A stretch of DNA of 64,000 bases from a virus, in the IMG/VR virus record IMGVR_UViG_3300025015_000001, one strand, 5' to 3'. The translations under genes were made by a program, and so were the position numbers. Each line of letters starts with the position of its first letter. Positions within the stretch are counted from its first letter, which is position 1. The notes beneath the pieces were generated by a model. It had not been told where the DNA came from. It was given only the letters and a program-made list of their open reading frames with translations, and did not search any database. Shown here in pieces: positions 19,117 to 29,120 of this stretch.

Positions 19117-19818
19117 ATGATAAAGCACAAAGTTTCAATCATTGTTGCAACTTGGAATGCATTACCATATTTTAAGAAATGTATAGAATCAATTAAGCAG
19201 TTTACATCAAATGACTATGAAATAATAGTCGTGGACAACTATTCTAGACCTGATATGATAGAGTATATAAAGTCATTGAATTGTAAATCTATTTTTAACA
19301 GTAGTAATCTAGGCCCAGGTGCTGCATTTAATCAGGGCATAAATATTTCGGATGGGGAGTACATTTGTTTACTTAATTCGGACGCAGAGCCTACTATTGA
19401 TTGGTTGAATCATATGTTGGTTACGTTAAATAGCAATCCAAAGATTGGAATAGTTGGGCCTATGTGCAACAATATTTCATCAAGTCAATCAAATTTATCT
19501 AAAAGAGGTTTAGAAGATTTTGAGATACCTAATGGATACGTAATGCCATTTGTTTGCGTACTTATGAATAGAGAAATTTTTACCAAAAATGGTGTCGGTT
19601 TAATTGCCGAAAGATTTGTACAAGGCTGTTCAGAAGATTCGGAATATTGTAATAGATTAAATAATAACGGATATATCAAAATGGTATCAGCTAAAGCATA
19701 CGTAGCGCACGCATTAAATCAAAGCTATAGAGATAATAATGTTGATACTACTAAAGTTTGTTATGATATGGGTAGATTACTAGATCAAGCAGAAGAAATT
19801 AAATATCTTATAAAATAA
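19117..19818 (+). CDS. GT2-family glycosyltransferase
   Basis: VSIIVATWN, IIVVDNYS, GAAFNQG, LLNSD, SEDSEYC. Confidence 0.88.
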   Translation: MIKHKVSIIVATWNALPYFKKCIESIKQFTSNDYEIIVVDNYSRPDMIEYIKSLNCKSIFNSSNLGPGAAFNQGINISDGEYICLLNSDAEPTIDWLNHMLVTLNSNPKIGIVGPMCNNISSSQSNLSKRGLEDFEIPNGYVMPFVCVLMNREIFTKNGVGLIAERFVQGCSEDSEYCNRLNNNGYIKMVSAKAYVAHALNQSYRDNNVDTTKVCYDMGRLLDQAEEIKYLIK

Positions 19819-19827
19819 GAGTATACC

Positions 19828-21114
19828 TTGAAGATAGTTCAACTAATACATCCACCCCACTATAATTCTACTGATGATATGTTAGACCCTTGTTTGGGTC
19901 TTATTTACATTGCTACACACATTCAATCTAAGTTTAACGATAATGAAGTGTCTGTAACTATAAATGATTTAGCAGGTAAACAAGAGGTGGAGTGGACAAT
20001 AAAGTATGCTGATATTTACGGTATAACTGTTTATGCTCCGTCTCATAAAATTGTTGAAACTATTATAAAAAAATGTAAGGAAATAAATCCAAATTCTATT
20101 ATTGTAGTTGGTGGAGCGCACGCATCAGCAGTTCCAGAAATGTTTAGAGGTGTGGCTAATCACGTTGTTGTGGGTAAGGGTGAATTAGCTATGGTGGATA
20201 TTATCAATGGAGTTGATTCTTTTGTAGTAAGTAATCACACAGCATTTGATTGTTTTCCTTTACCTAAGTACGAGTTAGTAGCTATTAATTCTTATCATAG
20301 AACAATAGCTGGTAGGAAGAGTTTACCGATGCTTACAACTAGAGGATGCCCATTCCAATGTCAATTTTGTGGGTTATCTTATTTGCATACTATGGAAAAT
20401 ATTTCATTTGCAGATCCTGAGATTGTGGTTAATCAAATAAAAGCTATTAAGGATAAATTTGGAATAACAGCTATTGGGTTTCAGGATGACATTTTTACGT
20501 TAAAAAAAGAAAGATTTAAAAAATTAATGCAATTACTTAAACCATTAGATATAAAATTTAGGTGTCATGGTAGGGCTGGCATAGATGCAGAAGACACTTA
20601 TGCAATGTTGGCGGATTCTGGTTGCGCCCAAGTCGCCTGGGGTGTAGAAACGGGCAGTCAATATATGTTAGACAGAATGAATAAAAGGTCTACAGTTCAA
20701 GATAATTATAACGTGATTCAATGGGCTAAGAAGTATGGTATCGATTCTCGTTCATTTTTTGTTATAGGTTTTCCAGGCGAGACTAAAGAAACATTAGAAG
20801 AAACTAAACGATTCATAGAGTGGGCAGACCCAGATCAGTATTTTATTAGTAGCTTTATTCCATATCCCGGAACAGCATGTTGGAATTTTCCTGATAAATT
20901 TGGTATAACATATATTGATAAAGATTTTGAACAGTTTTATCAAGTTGATAAAGAAGGTTATGGTGGTTTAACTGTAGATACAGAATGGTTAACTCGTGAT
21001 AAATTTAGGGAGTTAGAAATAGAATTTCGTGGTTGGTTAGCTAAAAATAAGCCCTTACGTGGTAGTCTACTTAATTATGAAAATAAAATAAAAGAAAAAA
21101 ACAAGGAAAATTAA
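19828..21114 (+). CDS. Cobalamin-binding (class B-like) radical SAM enzyme
   Basis: B12-binding N-terminus (VVGGAHAS); TRGCPFQCQFC; FQDDIF; GVETGSQ. Confidence 0.9.
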   Translation: MKIVQLIHPPHYNSTDDMLDPCLGLIYIATHIQSKFNDNEVSVTINDLAGKQEVEWTIKYADIYGITVYAPSHKIVETIIKKCKEINPNSIIVVGGAHASAVPEMFRGVANHVVVGKGELAMVDIINGVDSFVVSNHTAFDCFPLPKYELVAINSYHRTIAGRKSLPMLTTRGCPFQCQFCGLSYLHTMENISFADPEIVVNQIKAIKDKFGITAIGFQDDIFTLKKERFKKLMQLLKPLDIKFRCHGRAGIDAEDTYAMLADSGCAQVAWGVETGSQYMLDRMNKRSTVQDNYNVIQWAKKYGIDSRSFFVIGFPGETKETLEETKRFIEWADPDQYFISSFIPYPGTACWNFPDKFGITYIDKDFEQFYQVDKEGYGGLTVDTEWLTRDKFRELEIEFRGWLAKNKPLRGSLLNYENKIKEKNKEN

Positions 21115-21930
21115 ATGGAATTGTGGTCACCCATATACATGGTAGTTCCTGAATTAGTGGATGGATGTAACATGTCCTGTGCACTTTGCTGGAATAGTAC
21201 CAGAAAAGGCTCTATGAAAAATATGTCTGTTGGGACTATTACTAAAATAATAGAAAAACATGGTCATGTTTTAGGGTGTTGGTATAATTGGGGGGAGCCT
21301 ACACTACATAAGCAATTTGTAGAGGTGTCTGAAATTATTAAAAAACAAGTACAATCCTTTATCAGTACTAATCTATCGCTACCTTTATCTGATGCATATT
21401 TAAAAGCATTACTAAATTATACAAGGGTATACGTATCAGTATCTGGTATCACTAAAGAAGTCTATGCGATATATAATAAAGGTGGTAATTTTGATTTGGT
21501 TTTTTCTAATCTTGCTAAACTACTTCAACTTAAGAAAGATACGAATTCAAATTGTATTATAATACTTCGTTTTGAAAAACACCCTTTAAATGGGCATCAA
21601 TATGAAGAAGTACTTAAGTTCTGCAATGAAAATAAAATACTATTTGAACCTATCAATCTGTCATGTGAGGTTGAAAGGAATATGGTTGGGTTTACTAATG
21701 AACTTTTAAGAACTCCTCAATTTAATACTGATCAACTATCTTGTGCATTATCCACTCAATTTCCTATAGATGTTGATGGGAATTATTTAGTCTGTTGTGC
21801 CTCAAGAAATGTTAAATTAAATTATACCGTTTATGATGACGTCACAATGGAGCAGCTTATAGAGGATAGAGACAATAATGAATTTTGTATAAATTGTCGT
21901 GAAAAAGGATTGTTTAAAGCCTATTTTTAA
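21115..21930 (+). CDS. Radical SAM protein with C-terminal SPASM/twitch-like Cys cluster
   Basis: GCNMSCALC; NWGEP; YLVCC...FCINC. Confidence 0.85.
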   Translation: MELWSPIYMVVPELVDGCNMSCALCWNSTRKGSMKNMSVGTITKIIEKHGHVLGCWYNWGEPTLHKQFVEVSEIIKKQVQSFISTNLSLPLSDAYLKALLNYTRVYVSVSGITKEVYAIYNKGGNFDLVFSNLAKLLQLKKDTNSNCIIILRFEKHPLNGHQYEEVLKFCNENKILFEPINLSCEVERNMVGFTNELLRTPQFNTDQLSCALSTQFPIDVDGNYLVCCASRNVKLNYTVYDDVTMEQLIEDRDNNEFCINCREKGLFKAYF

Positions 21931-21942
21931 AGGTTCTGTATA

Positions 21943-23160
21943 ATGTCTATTCCTGATGTAACTTTTATCAATCTTCCGTCACCCTTTCTTGAGGATAATA
22001 CTTGGGTATATCCTTTAGGAATACTAAATATAGCTACGTATACTAAAAATTTAGGATACAGTGTTGATTTCTTGGATTTGGCTCCTTTAACTAAAGAATG
22101 TATTGACGATGATAGACTAACTCAGTTAATTACTGAAATGGTTCAGAAAATAAAATCTCCATATATAGGGGTATCAGCAGTTACTCCCCAATATAAATAT
22201 CTATCGCTTATTCCTAAAATAAGTAATAAGCGATTAATTGCTGGCGGTGCTCATGCTACAATTTTCCCACAGGATGTTTTAGAATTAGGGTATGAATCTG
22301 TAGTAGCTGGTGAAGGGGAATTAGTAATAGATTCAATTTTAAAAGGCTCCACAGGTATCCACAGAAGTAATCAAATAGTTAATATTGATGACATACCTTT
22401 TCCAGATAGATCATATTTTAAAGGGTATAGAGGGCCAAGCCCTGTTATGGCAGGTAGAGGTTGCCCGTTCCAGTGTACTTTTTGTGCAAAGATAGACGGT
22501 GAGGCCAAAACACGATTTAGAAATCCTAAATCAGTTATTGAAGAATTATTAACAATACCAAATGATAATATAATTTTTTATGACGATACATTTACATTAA
22601 AGAAATCATGGTTAGAAGAATTATGTAATGGAATTATTGACGCTGGTATTAAAAAATCCTTTAGATGCTCTACAAGAGCAGACAGATTGACTCCTGAAGT
22701 AGTTCAATTATTGAAATCAGCAGGATTTGTTGAAGTCTGTGTAGGTGTGGAGAGTGGGAGTCAAAGAATATTAGATAATCTTCAGAAGAAAACTAAAGTT
22801 ATTGACAATAGCGAAGCTATTAAAATTTGTCATGAGCAGGGCTTAAAGTTTAAAGCGTTTATGATGCTTGGGAATCCTGGAGAAGGTGAAGAAAGTGTGC
22901 AGGAAACATATGACTGGATAAGACAAAATAGACCCGACAAGTTAGGTTTATACGTGTTCTATCCGCTGCCAGGATGTGATATTTATGATAACCCACAAAG
23001 ATACGACATACAATTTGAAAAAGAAAGTTTTGATAAATGTTATTATGGCGGAAAAAGAAATGAAATACTATCCAAAGTATCTACATCCTCTTTAACTAGA
23101 GAAAAAATAACAAAATATTATAATAAATTTTTAATTGATTTTAAAGGAATGTTGTACTGA
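21943..23160 (+). CDS. Cobalamin-binding radical SAM enzyme
   Basis: AGGAHAT; GRGCPFQCTFC; FYDDTF; GVESGSQ. Confidence 0.9.
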   Translation: MSIPDVTFINLPSPFLEDNTWVYPLGILNIATYTKNLGYSVDFLDLAPLTKECIDDDRLTQLITEMVQKIKSPYIGVSAVTPQYKYLSLIPKISNKRLIAGGAHATIFPQDVLELGYESVVAGEGELVIDSILKGSTGIHRSNQIVNIDDIPFPDRSYFKGYRGPSPVMAGRGCPFQCTFCAKIDGEAKTRFRNPKSVIEELLTIPNDNIIFYDDTFTLKKSWLEELCNGIIDAGIKKSFRCSTRADRLTPEVVQLLKSAGFVEVCVGVESGSQRILDNLQKKTKVIDNSEAIKICHEQGLKFKAFMMLGNPGEGEESVQETYDWIRQNRPDKLGLYVFYPLPGCDIYDNPQRYDIQFEKESFDKCYYGGKRNEILSKVSTSSLTREKITKYYNKFLIDFKGMLY

Positions 23161-23273
23161 CCAAAGTATTAGTTACAGGCAGATCTGGTTTTATTGGGGT
23201 TAGTATTGTTGGCACATATATGGGGGGCATGGGTATTACTAAAACTTATTGGCGGATTAAGGAACAAATATAA
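23157..23273 (+). pseudogene. Relic of an NAD-dependent sugar epimerase/dehydratase
   Basis: (L)TKVLVTGRSGFIG...GITKTYWRIKEQI*; Rossmann TGxxGFIG motif in a 38-codon frame with no ATG. Confidence 0.6.
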
Positions 23274-23297
23274 AAAATAAATTATAAATTTTTTTCA

Positions 23298-23334
23298 TTT
23301 TTTGAAAATTTTTTAAAAAATAATGTGTTATAAT
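23298..23334 (+). promoter_or_regulatory. A/T-tract promoter motif, copy 2
   Basis: TTTTTTGAAAATTTTTTAAAAAATAATGTGTTATAAT (perfect TATAAT, extended TG). Confidence 0.65.
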
Positions 23335-23353
23335 ATAAGAGTCTAAAAATATA

Positions 23354-23572
23354 ATGGATAATTTTACAGAAAAAAATCTTATAGACAAATGGCTTAAAAC
23401 TAATTGTTTAGGTAAATGTCCCACTTTTAGAGCCAAAATATCAGAGGAGAGTTGTAAAGCTCTGAAGGAAAAATGTAAAAATAGATTAGATAATTATGAA
23501 TACGATAATGAGCTCATGGGAGCATTTTTAAAAATTTGTGTAAATGATTGTCCTGGTCTTAAATATGATTAA
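23354..23572 (+). CDS. Small Cys-rich hypothetical protein
   Basis: Clean ORF downstream of the promoter. Confidence 0.6.
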   Translation: MDNFTEKNLIDKWLKTNCLGKCPTFRAKISEESCKALKEKCKNRLDNYEYDNELMGAFLKICVNDCPGLKYD

Positions 23573-23596
23573 CAAATAAATTTATAGGAGTATAAA

Positions 23597-24223
23597 ATGG
23601 CCGATGCAAAATTAAGTATCAGTGATGTAAAAAAGGATAAGGCAGTAATGAAGAAGATAGACCAACTTCCTAAGCCTGAGCAGGAGAAGTGGCTCAAGAC
23701 TTATGTTGGTACATATAATGGTTATATCAAGGATGGTAGATCTGATAAAGAGGCTAAAGCCGCAGCCGCAAAGACTGCCTGGGATAAGGTTCCTGCTAAG
23801 TTTTTAGAGAAGCCTACTAAGGAGCACGGCCCCAAGAAGAAAGGTCCACTTGCTGCATTCAAAGAAGCATTCCTAAAGGATACAGATGAAGTAATGAAAA
23901 CAGCTTCTGCGGAAGAAGTTGCTGCGCTACCTACAGATCCTATTGATGGATTTCTTATGTGGATGGAGGCCAATAATTATAAGTTTGCCAAGGATACAGA
24001 AGTATCTAAGGAGTTCACTCCAGAAGAGCAGGAATTTCTTAAGGCTGTCACTGGATATAGCGTAAAAGAAGAAAAGGGTGGATTTACAATCTGCTTGCAC
24101 GGTCCAGAAGGTCCTGAAGCTGGTAATGCTATTGAGATATCTATTTCCCAAGGAGAAGAGGATTCTCTTGAAGAAGAGATAGAAGAGGAAGCAGAAGAGA
24201 TACTCGAAGAAGGACTTAAGTAA
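23597..24223 (+). CDS. ChaB-like domain protein with acidic tail
   Basis: LPKPEQEKWLKTYVGTYN...AKAAAAKTAWDKV fits the ChaB pattern; Glu-rich C-terminus. Confidence 0.6.
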   Translation: MADAKLSISDVKKDKAVMKKIDQLPKPEQEKWLKTYVGTYNGYIKDGRSDKEAKAAAAKTAWDKVPAKFLEKPTKEHGPKKKGPLAAFKEAFLKDTDEVMKTASAEEVAALPTDPIDGFLMWMEANNYKFAKDTEVSKEFTPEEQEFLKAVTGYSVKEEKGGFTICLHGPEGPEAGNAIEISISQGEEDSLEEEIEEEAEEILEEGLK

Positions 24224-24240
24224 TATAAAGGACGTATAAT

Positions 24241-25101
24241 GTGAGCTTCTGGGTCGCACCTTACAAAAGTATTGATAGCTGGACAAACTGGTCACATGCC
24301 CTTAGCCAGCATAAGCAGCTCTTAGAAGTAAGTGGATTCCCTTGTAAAGTTCTATTTAAGAAAACAAGAGGGGAGGAAGTAGGTAATGAAGTGGAGCCTA
24401 TTACTATATCTACATGGGATGCTTCTTCCCCCGCTCCTAAAAAGATAATATGGCAGACAGGGAATGATGAGGATATCTTCCCTGATGTGAGATCACTAAG
24501 AGTATGGGTGGATGGGATAGAGTTAACTAAAACATATGACTCCACCACTATACAGACTAACAATGAATTTTATGTAGTAGCCCAAGTTAATATAGTAGAC
24601 ATAGTAGATAATGTCGCAATATATCTTAAGGATGGGTTTGATTTAGCTGGAAAAATAGTAACTTTCCTCTACACTACTATAGCAAAGAATATAAATGTAG
24701 TGGAAAATTTACACCCCGGTGACTATCCAAATACATTTAGAACAGAATTTGTAGATGGATTCACGCAGTATATAAATGCTAGTAGCAAGTTTAGAGGAAG
24801 AAGTTATCCTAATACTATATTAATAACATTTCCAGTTAATCCGTTTGAGACTGTTTATATCGGTGGTGGTAAATATCAACAACAAGAAGCAACCTGTTGG
24901 ACTATGGGGGATAGAATAGGATACCCAAAGTTAAGTGAATTTGATATTATTTACAGAACTGACACACAAGAATGGTATGAAATAAAAACATATAATCCTA
25001 ACTATTTATATTTTAATCACCAAAGTATTTTGGCAACACAAAGTTTTACCACGGCACTAGTTAGCCCAACAGATAGTATAAGACAATTTCAGTTACTATA
25101 G
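24241..25101 (+). CDS. Putative head-closure/neck protein
   Basis: Position before tail completion and sheath; CWT...PKLSEFDIIYR...WYEI pattern; GTG start. Confidence 0.45.
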   Translation: MSFWVAPYKSIDSWTNWSHALSQHKQLLEVSGFPCKVLFKKTRGEEVGNEVEPITISTWDASSPAPKKIIWQTGNDEDIFPDVRSLRVWVDGIELTKTYDSTTIQTNNEFYVVAQVNIVDIVDNVAIYLKDGFDLAGKIVTFLYTTIAKNINVVENLHPGDYPNTFRTEFVDGFTQYINASSKFRGRSYPNTILITFPVNPFETVYIGGGKYQQQEATCWTMGDRIGYPKLSEFDIIYRTDTQEWYEIKTYNPNYLYFNHQSILATQSFTTALVSPTDSIRQFQLL

Positions 25102-25113
25102 GGTCTAAAAATT

Positions 25114-25311
25114 ATGGTTTTATTTATGTATATAAAATTTTATATGTATAAAGTTATAGCATGGATAAAAAAATACTCTATTTGTGATAGGTGTTTTACT
25201 TTAGAGCAGGAAGTTGCACAACTACAGTACAAAATTATTATGCTGGAACAGGCTATCAAACCAAAACATATAGTAAGGAATGGTAGAATAGAAATAGATT
25301 ATGGCATTTAA
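25114..25311 (+). CDS. Small hypothetical protein
   Basis: Fills the gap and overlaps the next start. Confidence 0.45.
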   Translation: MVLFMYIKFYMYKVIAWIKKYSICDRCFTLEQEVAQLQYKIIMLEQAIKPKHIVRNGRIEIDYGI

Positions 25312-26161
25312 TTTTCGTATAGCAGAGCGGCAGAAAAGACACCTTGTAGATTTTTTTCAGAAGATCTTTGTTTTATATAGTGAAAATAAAGTTCAGTTAA
25401 ATGATGGTTATAATAAAATAGTATTTAGTAAATCACCTAAATGCCAAGTAGTAGATACATATGATTTTAAATACTTCCCTGTTCTTTTAATAGGAGTTAG
25501 TAATGTTGCTACTAAAGATTGTTCTTTAAATAAGTTTAAAGACTACTACACAGATGAATTAGGTATTGTATCGGCTATATATGGAGGGTTTGCGACTGTC
25601 ACATTAAATTTTCAAATTCGTGCACAAAGTGAGGATGAGAGGAATAATCTAGCGGACATAGTGTGCTCTTATCTAACTAGTGTAGAAACAAAACGTTTTT
25701 TGCTTAAGACATATGGTATGCGGATTTTAGGGGCCCCGTCCTATACAGGAGAATCATCTGAGGATGATCCACAGACAAATGTAAAACAATTTGTTATTAA
25801 TTTGTCTCTGACGTTTGAAAGTGATTATGAAGAAGGTCAGGATATAGTAGATACATTAGGTAACATTGGTATTACATTAGAAGATGTAATAGCATACACC
25901 CCAGTAGTACATGGAAAAGTAGTAGTTGGAGACAATTCCCCGGCGTATAATACTTTTACTGCTGTGGCTGTAGCCCCGGATATATTTACAAATGCAGATG
26001 GGTATTACACCGATTTTACATTAAGATTTACATCTGATACGGTTAATAGTATAGTAGTTAATGTACTAGGATATACGGCTGCTACGGGAACATTTGTAGT
26101 AGATAATGTAGGTATTGTGATACCAAATAATGCTACATTTGAACTTCGTGGCGGAAGTTAA
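25301..26161 (+). CDS. Putative tail completion/terminator protein
   Basis: Directly upstream of the sheath; FPVLLIG...LNFQIRAQSEDERNNLADIV pattern. Confidence 0.55.
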   Translation: MAFNFRIAERQKRHLVDFFQKIFVLYSENKVQLNDGYNKIVFSKSPKCQVVDTYDFKYFPVLLIGVSNVATKDCSLNKFKDYYTDELGIVSAIYGGFATVTLNFQIRAQSEDERNNLADIVCSYLTSVETKRFLLKTYGMRILGAPSYTGESSEDDPQTNVKQFVINLSLTFESDYEEGQDIVDTLGNIGITLEDVIAYTPVVHGKVVVGDNSPAYNTFTAVAVAPDIFTNADGYYTDFTLRFTSDTVNSIVVNVLGYTAATGTFVVDNVGIVIPNNATFELRGGS

Positions 26162-26194
26162 TAAATTATGCTTATAGGATAATAGGAGGAATAA

Positions 26195-27820
26195 ATGTCT
26201 GATAGACTTCCGGGAGTTATTGCGTCTGTAACAACCAACCAAGCCCTGGTTTCGGGAATCGCTAGCATACGGACTCCCATAATTTTGGGTGCTGGAGATG
26301 TTAAAGTTTTAGTAGAAAATGAGAAAGTACTTAAAGGATCTAGCGGGAGTGATACCTTATCACAAACTATCTACGCAGGTACTCTTACTGCTAATGAGTA
26401 CCTAGCCAATGTAGTAAGAATAGGTGACACACCAAATAGTTCTGATTATGCAAAAACTACAACTTTTACTGCTTCTGGAAATCAGATCACCTGGGTAAGT
26501 GGCGCACCATCGACAGGGGCAGAGTACTATATAACATATTATAAGAGTATCTCTAATTTTATTCTCACCGAGTATTCAGCTGAATCTGATGTTAAGTCTG
26601 CCCACGGCGATATAGTCTTTTCAGCGACGAAGCAGTTTGCTACAGCCACGGTAGGGTCTACTGGTGGTAATACTTTAGCCTGGAATAACCAAGAGACTAT
26701 TAATACTCCATACACTAACTGGAGTATACAATTTGTTTCTGGGAGTAACGCCGGTATTAGTAGAACTGTATCTAATTATAGTACCGGCACCTTTACATTT
26801 TCCACGGCTTTCCCTAGTGCTATTTCTGTCGGTGATATATTTTTAATACAAAATAGCAGTCCAATGGTTAACATGCTTACAACAGGAACACTACTAGCTC
26901 TAAGAAACGGGGCGCAGAGTGCTATAGTAGGTCAGTTGAGCAATGCTAGTTTTTCTGATAAATTGGCACCATCGGCTAGCGAGTATGGTACTGCATTAGC
27001 CACACATCTAGAATCTCTAAAGAGTATAGCGGAGCAGCCGTATTTCATAGTCCCAATGTTACCAGATAATACCACTACATTTACGCTAAATTCCAGCGCA
27101 CAGACAAATGCTATTAATCTTGTTTGGAATCATTGCAAATTAATGTCCACTCCAGAAAATAAAGGTGAGAGGACCTGTATCGCTGGTTTCTTATCTACTA
27201 CTACAGAAGCAGATTTTAAAGGGTTTGGTCCAGCTTATTTTTCCCAGAGAATGGTAGTTATCGCACCAGGGGACCTTCGTTTCAATGAGGTTTCTAGTAA
27301 GACACTAAATGGTTCTATAGGAGCGGCGGCTTGGGCTGGTAAATACTGCAGTAGAAGTGATTTTAGGTCGATGCTGAATGAGTCTTTAACTGGGGTTTCT
27401 GTGGCGTCAACATTTTATAATCCAATTCAACAGAGAAGTTTAACTGGGAAAGGTATTTCTTTCTTAGTGGCTGATGCTGGAGTGGTTAGAATAATAGCAA
27501 GTAAGACTACAGACACCTCTACTGCAGACACAGAAGATGTTGCTGTAGTGAGTATAGCCGATCATATAAAGAAAGTAACAAGAGAGGATTTAGGTAGAAC
27601 ATTTATAGGACAGGCTATAACTAGTAGACTTGTGGGTGCTATGGGAGCTAAATTATCTTCATTATTTGAAGGTATGATAAATTCCCAAGTAATTACAGCG
27701 TATAAGGATATTAAGGTGAGACAGAGTTTAGCTGAGCCTAGGCTTATAGAAGTTAGTGCACAAGTTTCCCCACAGTATTCTTTGTGGTGGGTTTCACTTG
27801 ATTTTTCATTCTATGTATAA
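26195..27820 (+). CDS. Contractile tail sheath protein
   Basis: MSDRLPGV start; C-terminal VRII..KT...SIADHIKK..R...FIG...IEVSAQVSP.YSL.WV fits the sheath C-domain; followed by tube. Confidence 0.88.
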   Translation: MSDRLPGVIASVTTNQALVSGIASIRTPIILGAGDVKVLVENEKVLKGSSGSDTLSQTIYAGTLTANEYLANVVRIGDTPNSSDYAKTTTFTASGNQITWVSGAPSTGAEYYITYYKSISNFILTEYSAESDVKSAHGDIVFSATKQFATATVGSTGGNTLAWNNQETINTPYTNWSIQFVSGSNAGISRTVSNYSTGTFTFSTAFPSAISVGDIFLIQNSSPMVNMLTTGTLLALRNGAQSAIVGQLSNASFSDKLAPSASEYGTALATHLESLKSIAEQPYFIVPMLPDNTTTFTLNSSAQTNAINLVWNHCKLMSTPENKGERTCIAGFLSTTTEADFKGFGPAYFSQRMVVIAPGDLRFNEVSSKTLNGSIGAAAWAGKYCSRSDFRSMLNESLTGVSVASTFYNPIQQRSLTGKGISFLVADAGVVRIIASKTTDTSTADTEDVAVVSIADHIKKVTREDLGRTFIGQAITSRLVGAMGAKLSSLFEGMINSQVITAYKDIKVRQSLAEPRLIEVSAQVSPQYSLWWVSLDFSFYV

Positions 27821-27846
27821 TTAACCTTTTATAAAGGAGAGTAAAA

Positions 27847-28299
27847 ATGGCGTTATTAATACCCCGTACGCAGACTGTGAGTGCATTTAGCTATAGTGTA
27901 CTTTTTAATGGTAATGAAGTAGGTAACTTTCAAAGTTTTACCCCGAGCTCATCAAGGGCCTTGACAAGAGTAAGGGCGCTGGCCCAAGGTTCTATAGCAG
28001 GGGAGTGCCTTGAGATAGTAGAGGGGGTAACAGACCACACTATATCAGTTACTGCTTTAGAATTGTATAGAAAAGAGGTTTTAGAATTTATGGGGTATAG
28101 TAATTTTGCTTCCATTGAAGATCTTAAAGACCCCATAGATATAAGAGAAGTTAGGACTGATCCTAATGGTGTAGATTCTGTGCTTGACTGGCAGGGATGT
28201 AAGATTAATACGTACTCAAGGGCCGGAATCACTGTTGGTGGTAATGTAATAACGGCTACAGCAGCTTTTTGGGTAACTAGGGTCAGAAAAGTAAGCTAA
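27847..28299 (+). CDS. Tail tube protein
   Basis: 150 aa directly after the sheath; all-beta pattern (GNFQSFTP, GCKINTYS). Confidence 0.8.
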   Translation: MALLIPRTQTVSAFSYSVLFNGNEVGNFQSFTPSSSRALTRVRALAQGSIAGECLEIVEGVTDHTISVTALELYRKEVLEFMGYSNFASIEDLKDPIDIREVRTDPNGVDSVLDWQGCKINTYSRAGITVGGNVITATAAFWVTRVRKVS

Positions 28300-28314
28300 G
28301 GGGTGTAGAACAAT

Positions 28315-28794
28315 ATGGGGCGCTCAAAAGAGCAAAATTTTTTAGGGGTTCCACACGAGGATGATTTTAATTCTGCTTTCTATGATAATTTCTTAAATCA
28401 TCTTTTTACTTTTGGTAATATAGAAAATAAGACATTTGAAATATTTGATGGGTTTAAAGTTACACTTAGGGTTCTTACTGTAGCGGAGAACATAGAAGTA
28501 TCTAGGGCACTGGACAACGAGGCCAGTGTACATACTAAAGAAATACTTCTTAGAGTAGAAGTATTAGTTAGAGCTATTGTTAGGATTAATGGGCAACTTT
28601 TACGGTTCCCTGATTCTGAGATAGAACCATGGAAAGATTTTAGAAATACAAAAGAAAATCCTTCTGAAATAGAACAACAAAGATATTATCTTAGACATAA
28701 ATTTTCCCCAGAATTACTTCATATTATTTATGAAAAATATATGGAACTTTTAAAAGAACAAGAAACTAAGTTCGATAATCTAAAAAAAAAATAG
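28315..28794 (+). CDS. Tail assembly chaperone (G-like)
   Basis: Between tube and tape measure; ends CTA AAA AAA AAA TAG. Confidence 0.8.
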   Translation: MGRSKEQNFLGVPHEDDFNSAFYDNFLNHLFTFGNIENKTFEIFDGFKVTLRVLTVAENIEVSRALDNEASVHTKEILLRVEVLVRAIVRINGQLLRFPDSEIEPWKDFRNTKENPSEIEQQRYYLRHKFSPELLHIIYEKYMELLKEQETKFDNLKKK

Positions 28795-29114
28795 AAGATA
28801 ATTCTCTTTTACAGATAGATTTAGCCATATGTGAACACTTCAAAGTTTTACCCACCGAACAAAGATTTACCTCTCTCAGTATATATCAAAAATTATTATT
28901 ATATGATAAAATAAATAAAGAAGATGATAAGTTAATGAAGTTAATCACGTCATGCTTCAATGCTTTAAAACCTTGGTTAGACAAAGATATGTATTTTGAT
29001 ATTAAAGAAAAGGAAGAAAATACGCATATCAATTCTAATTGGGGCAAAAAACGACTCCCAGTACAAAATGTTATTGAAGATCCTACTGGAGATAATATAA
29101 TAATTGAGGAATAG
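28791..29114 (+). CDS. -1 frameshift extension of the tail chaperone (GT-like); not in ORF track
   Basis: A10 run at 28782-28791; the -1 frame is open for 107 codons (IEDNSLLQIDLAICEHFKVLP...DNIIIEE*) up to the tape-measure start. Confidence 0.85.
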   Translation: MEDNSLLQIDLAICEHFKVLPTEQRFTSLSIYQKLLLYDKINKEDDKLMKLITSCFNALKPWLDKDMYFDIKEKEENTHINSNWGKKRLPVQNVIEDPTGDNIIIEE

Positions 29115-29120
29115 TAACTT

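Noticed and set aside
12878-23160. Island as a bacterial chromosomal LPS/capsule locus (chimera or prophage boundary)
   Set aside because: No transporter or polymerase genes; same strand, composition and tight packing as the flanking phage genes on both sides.
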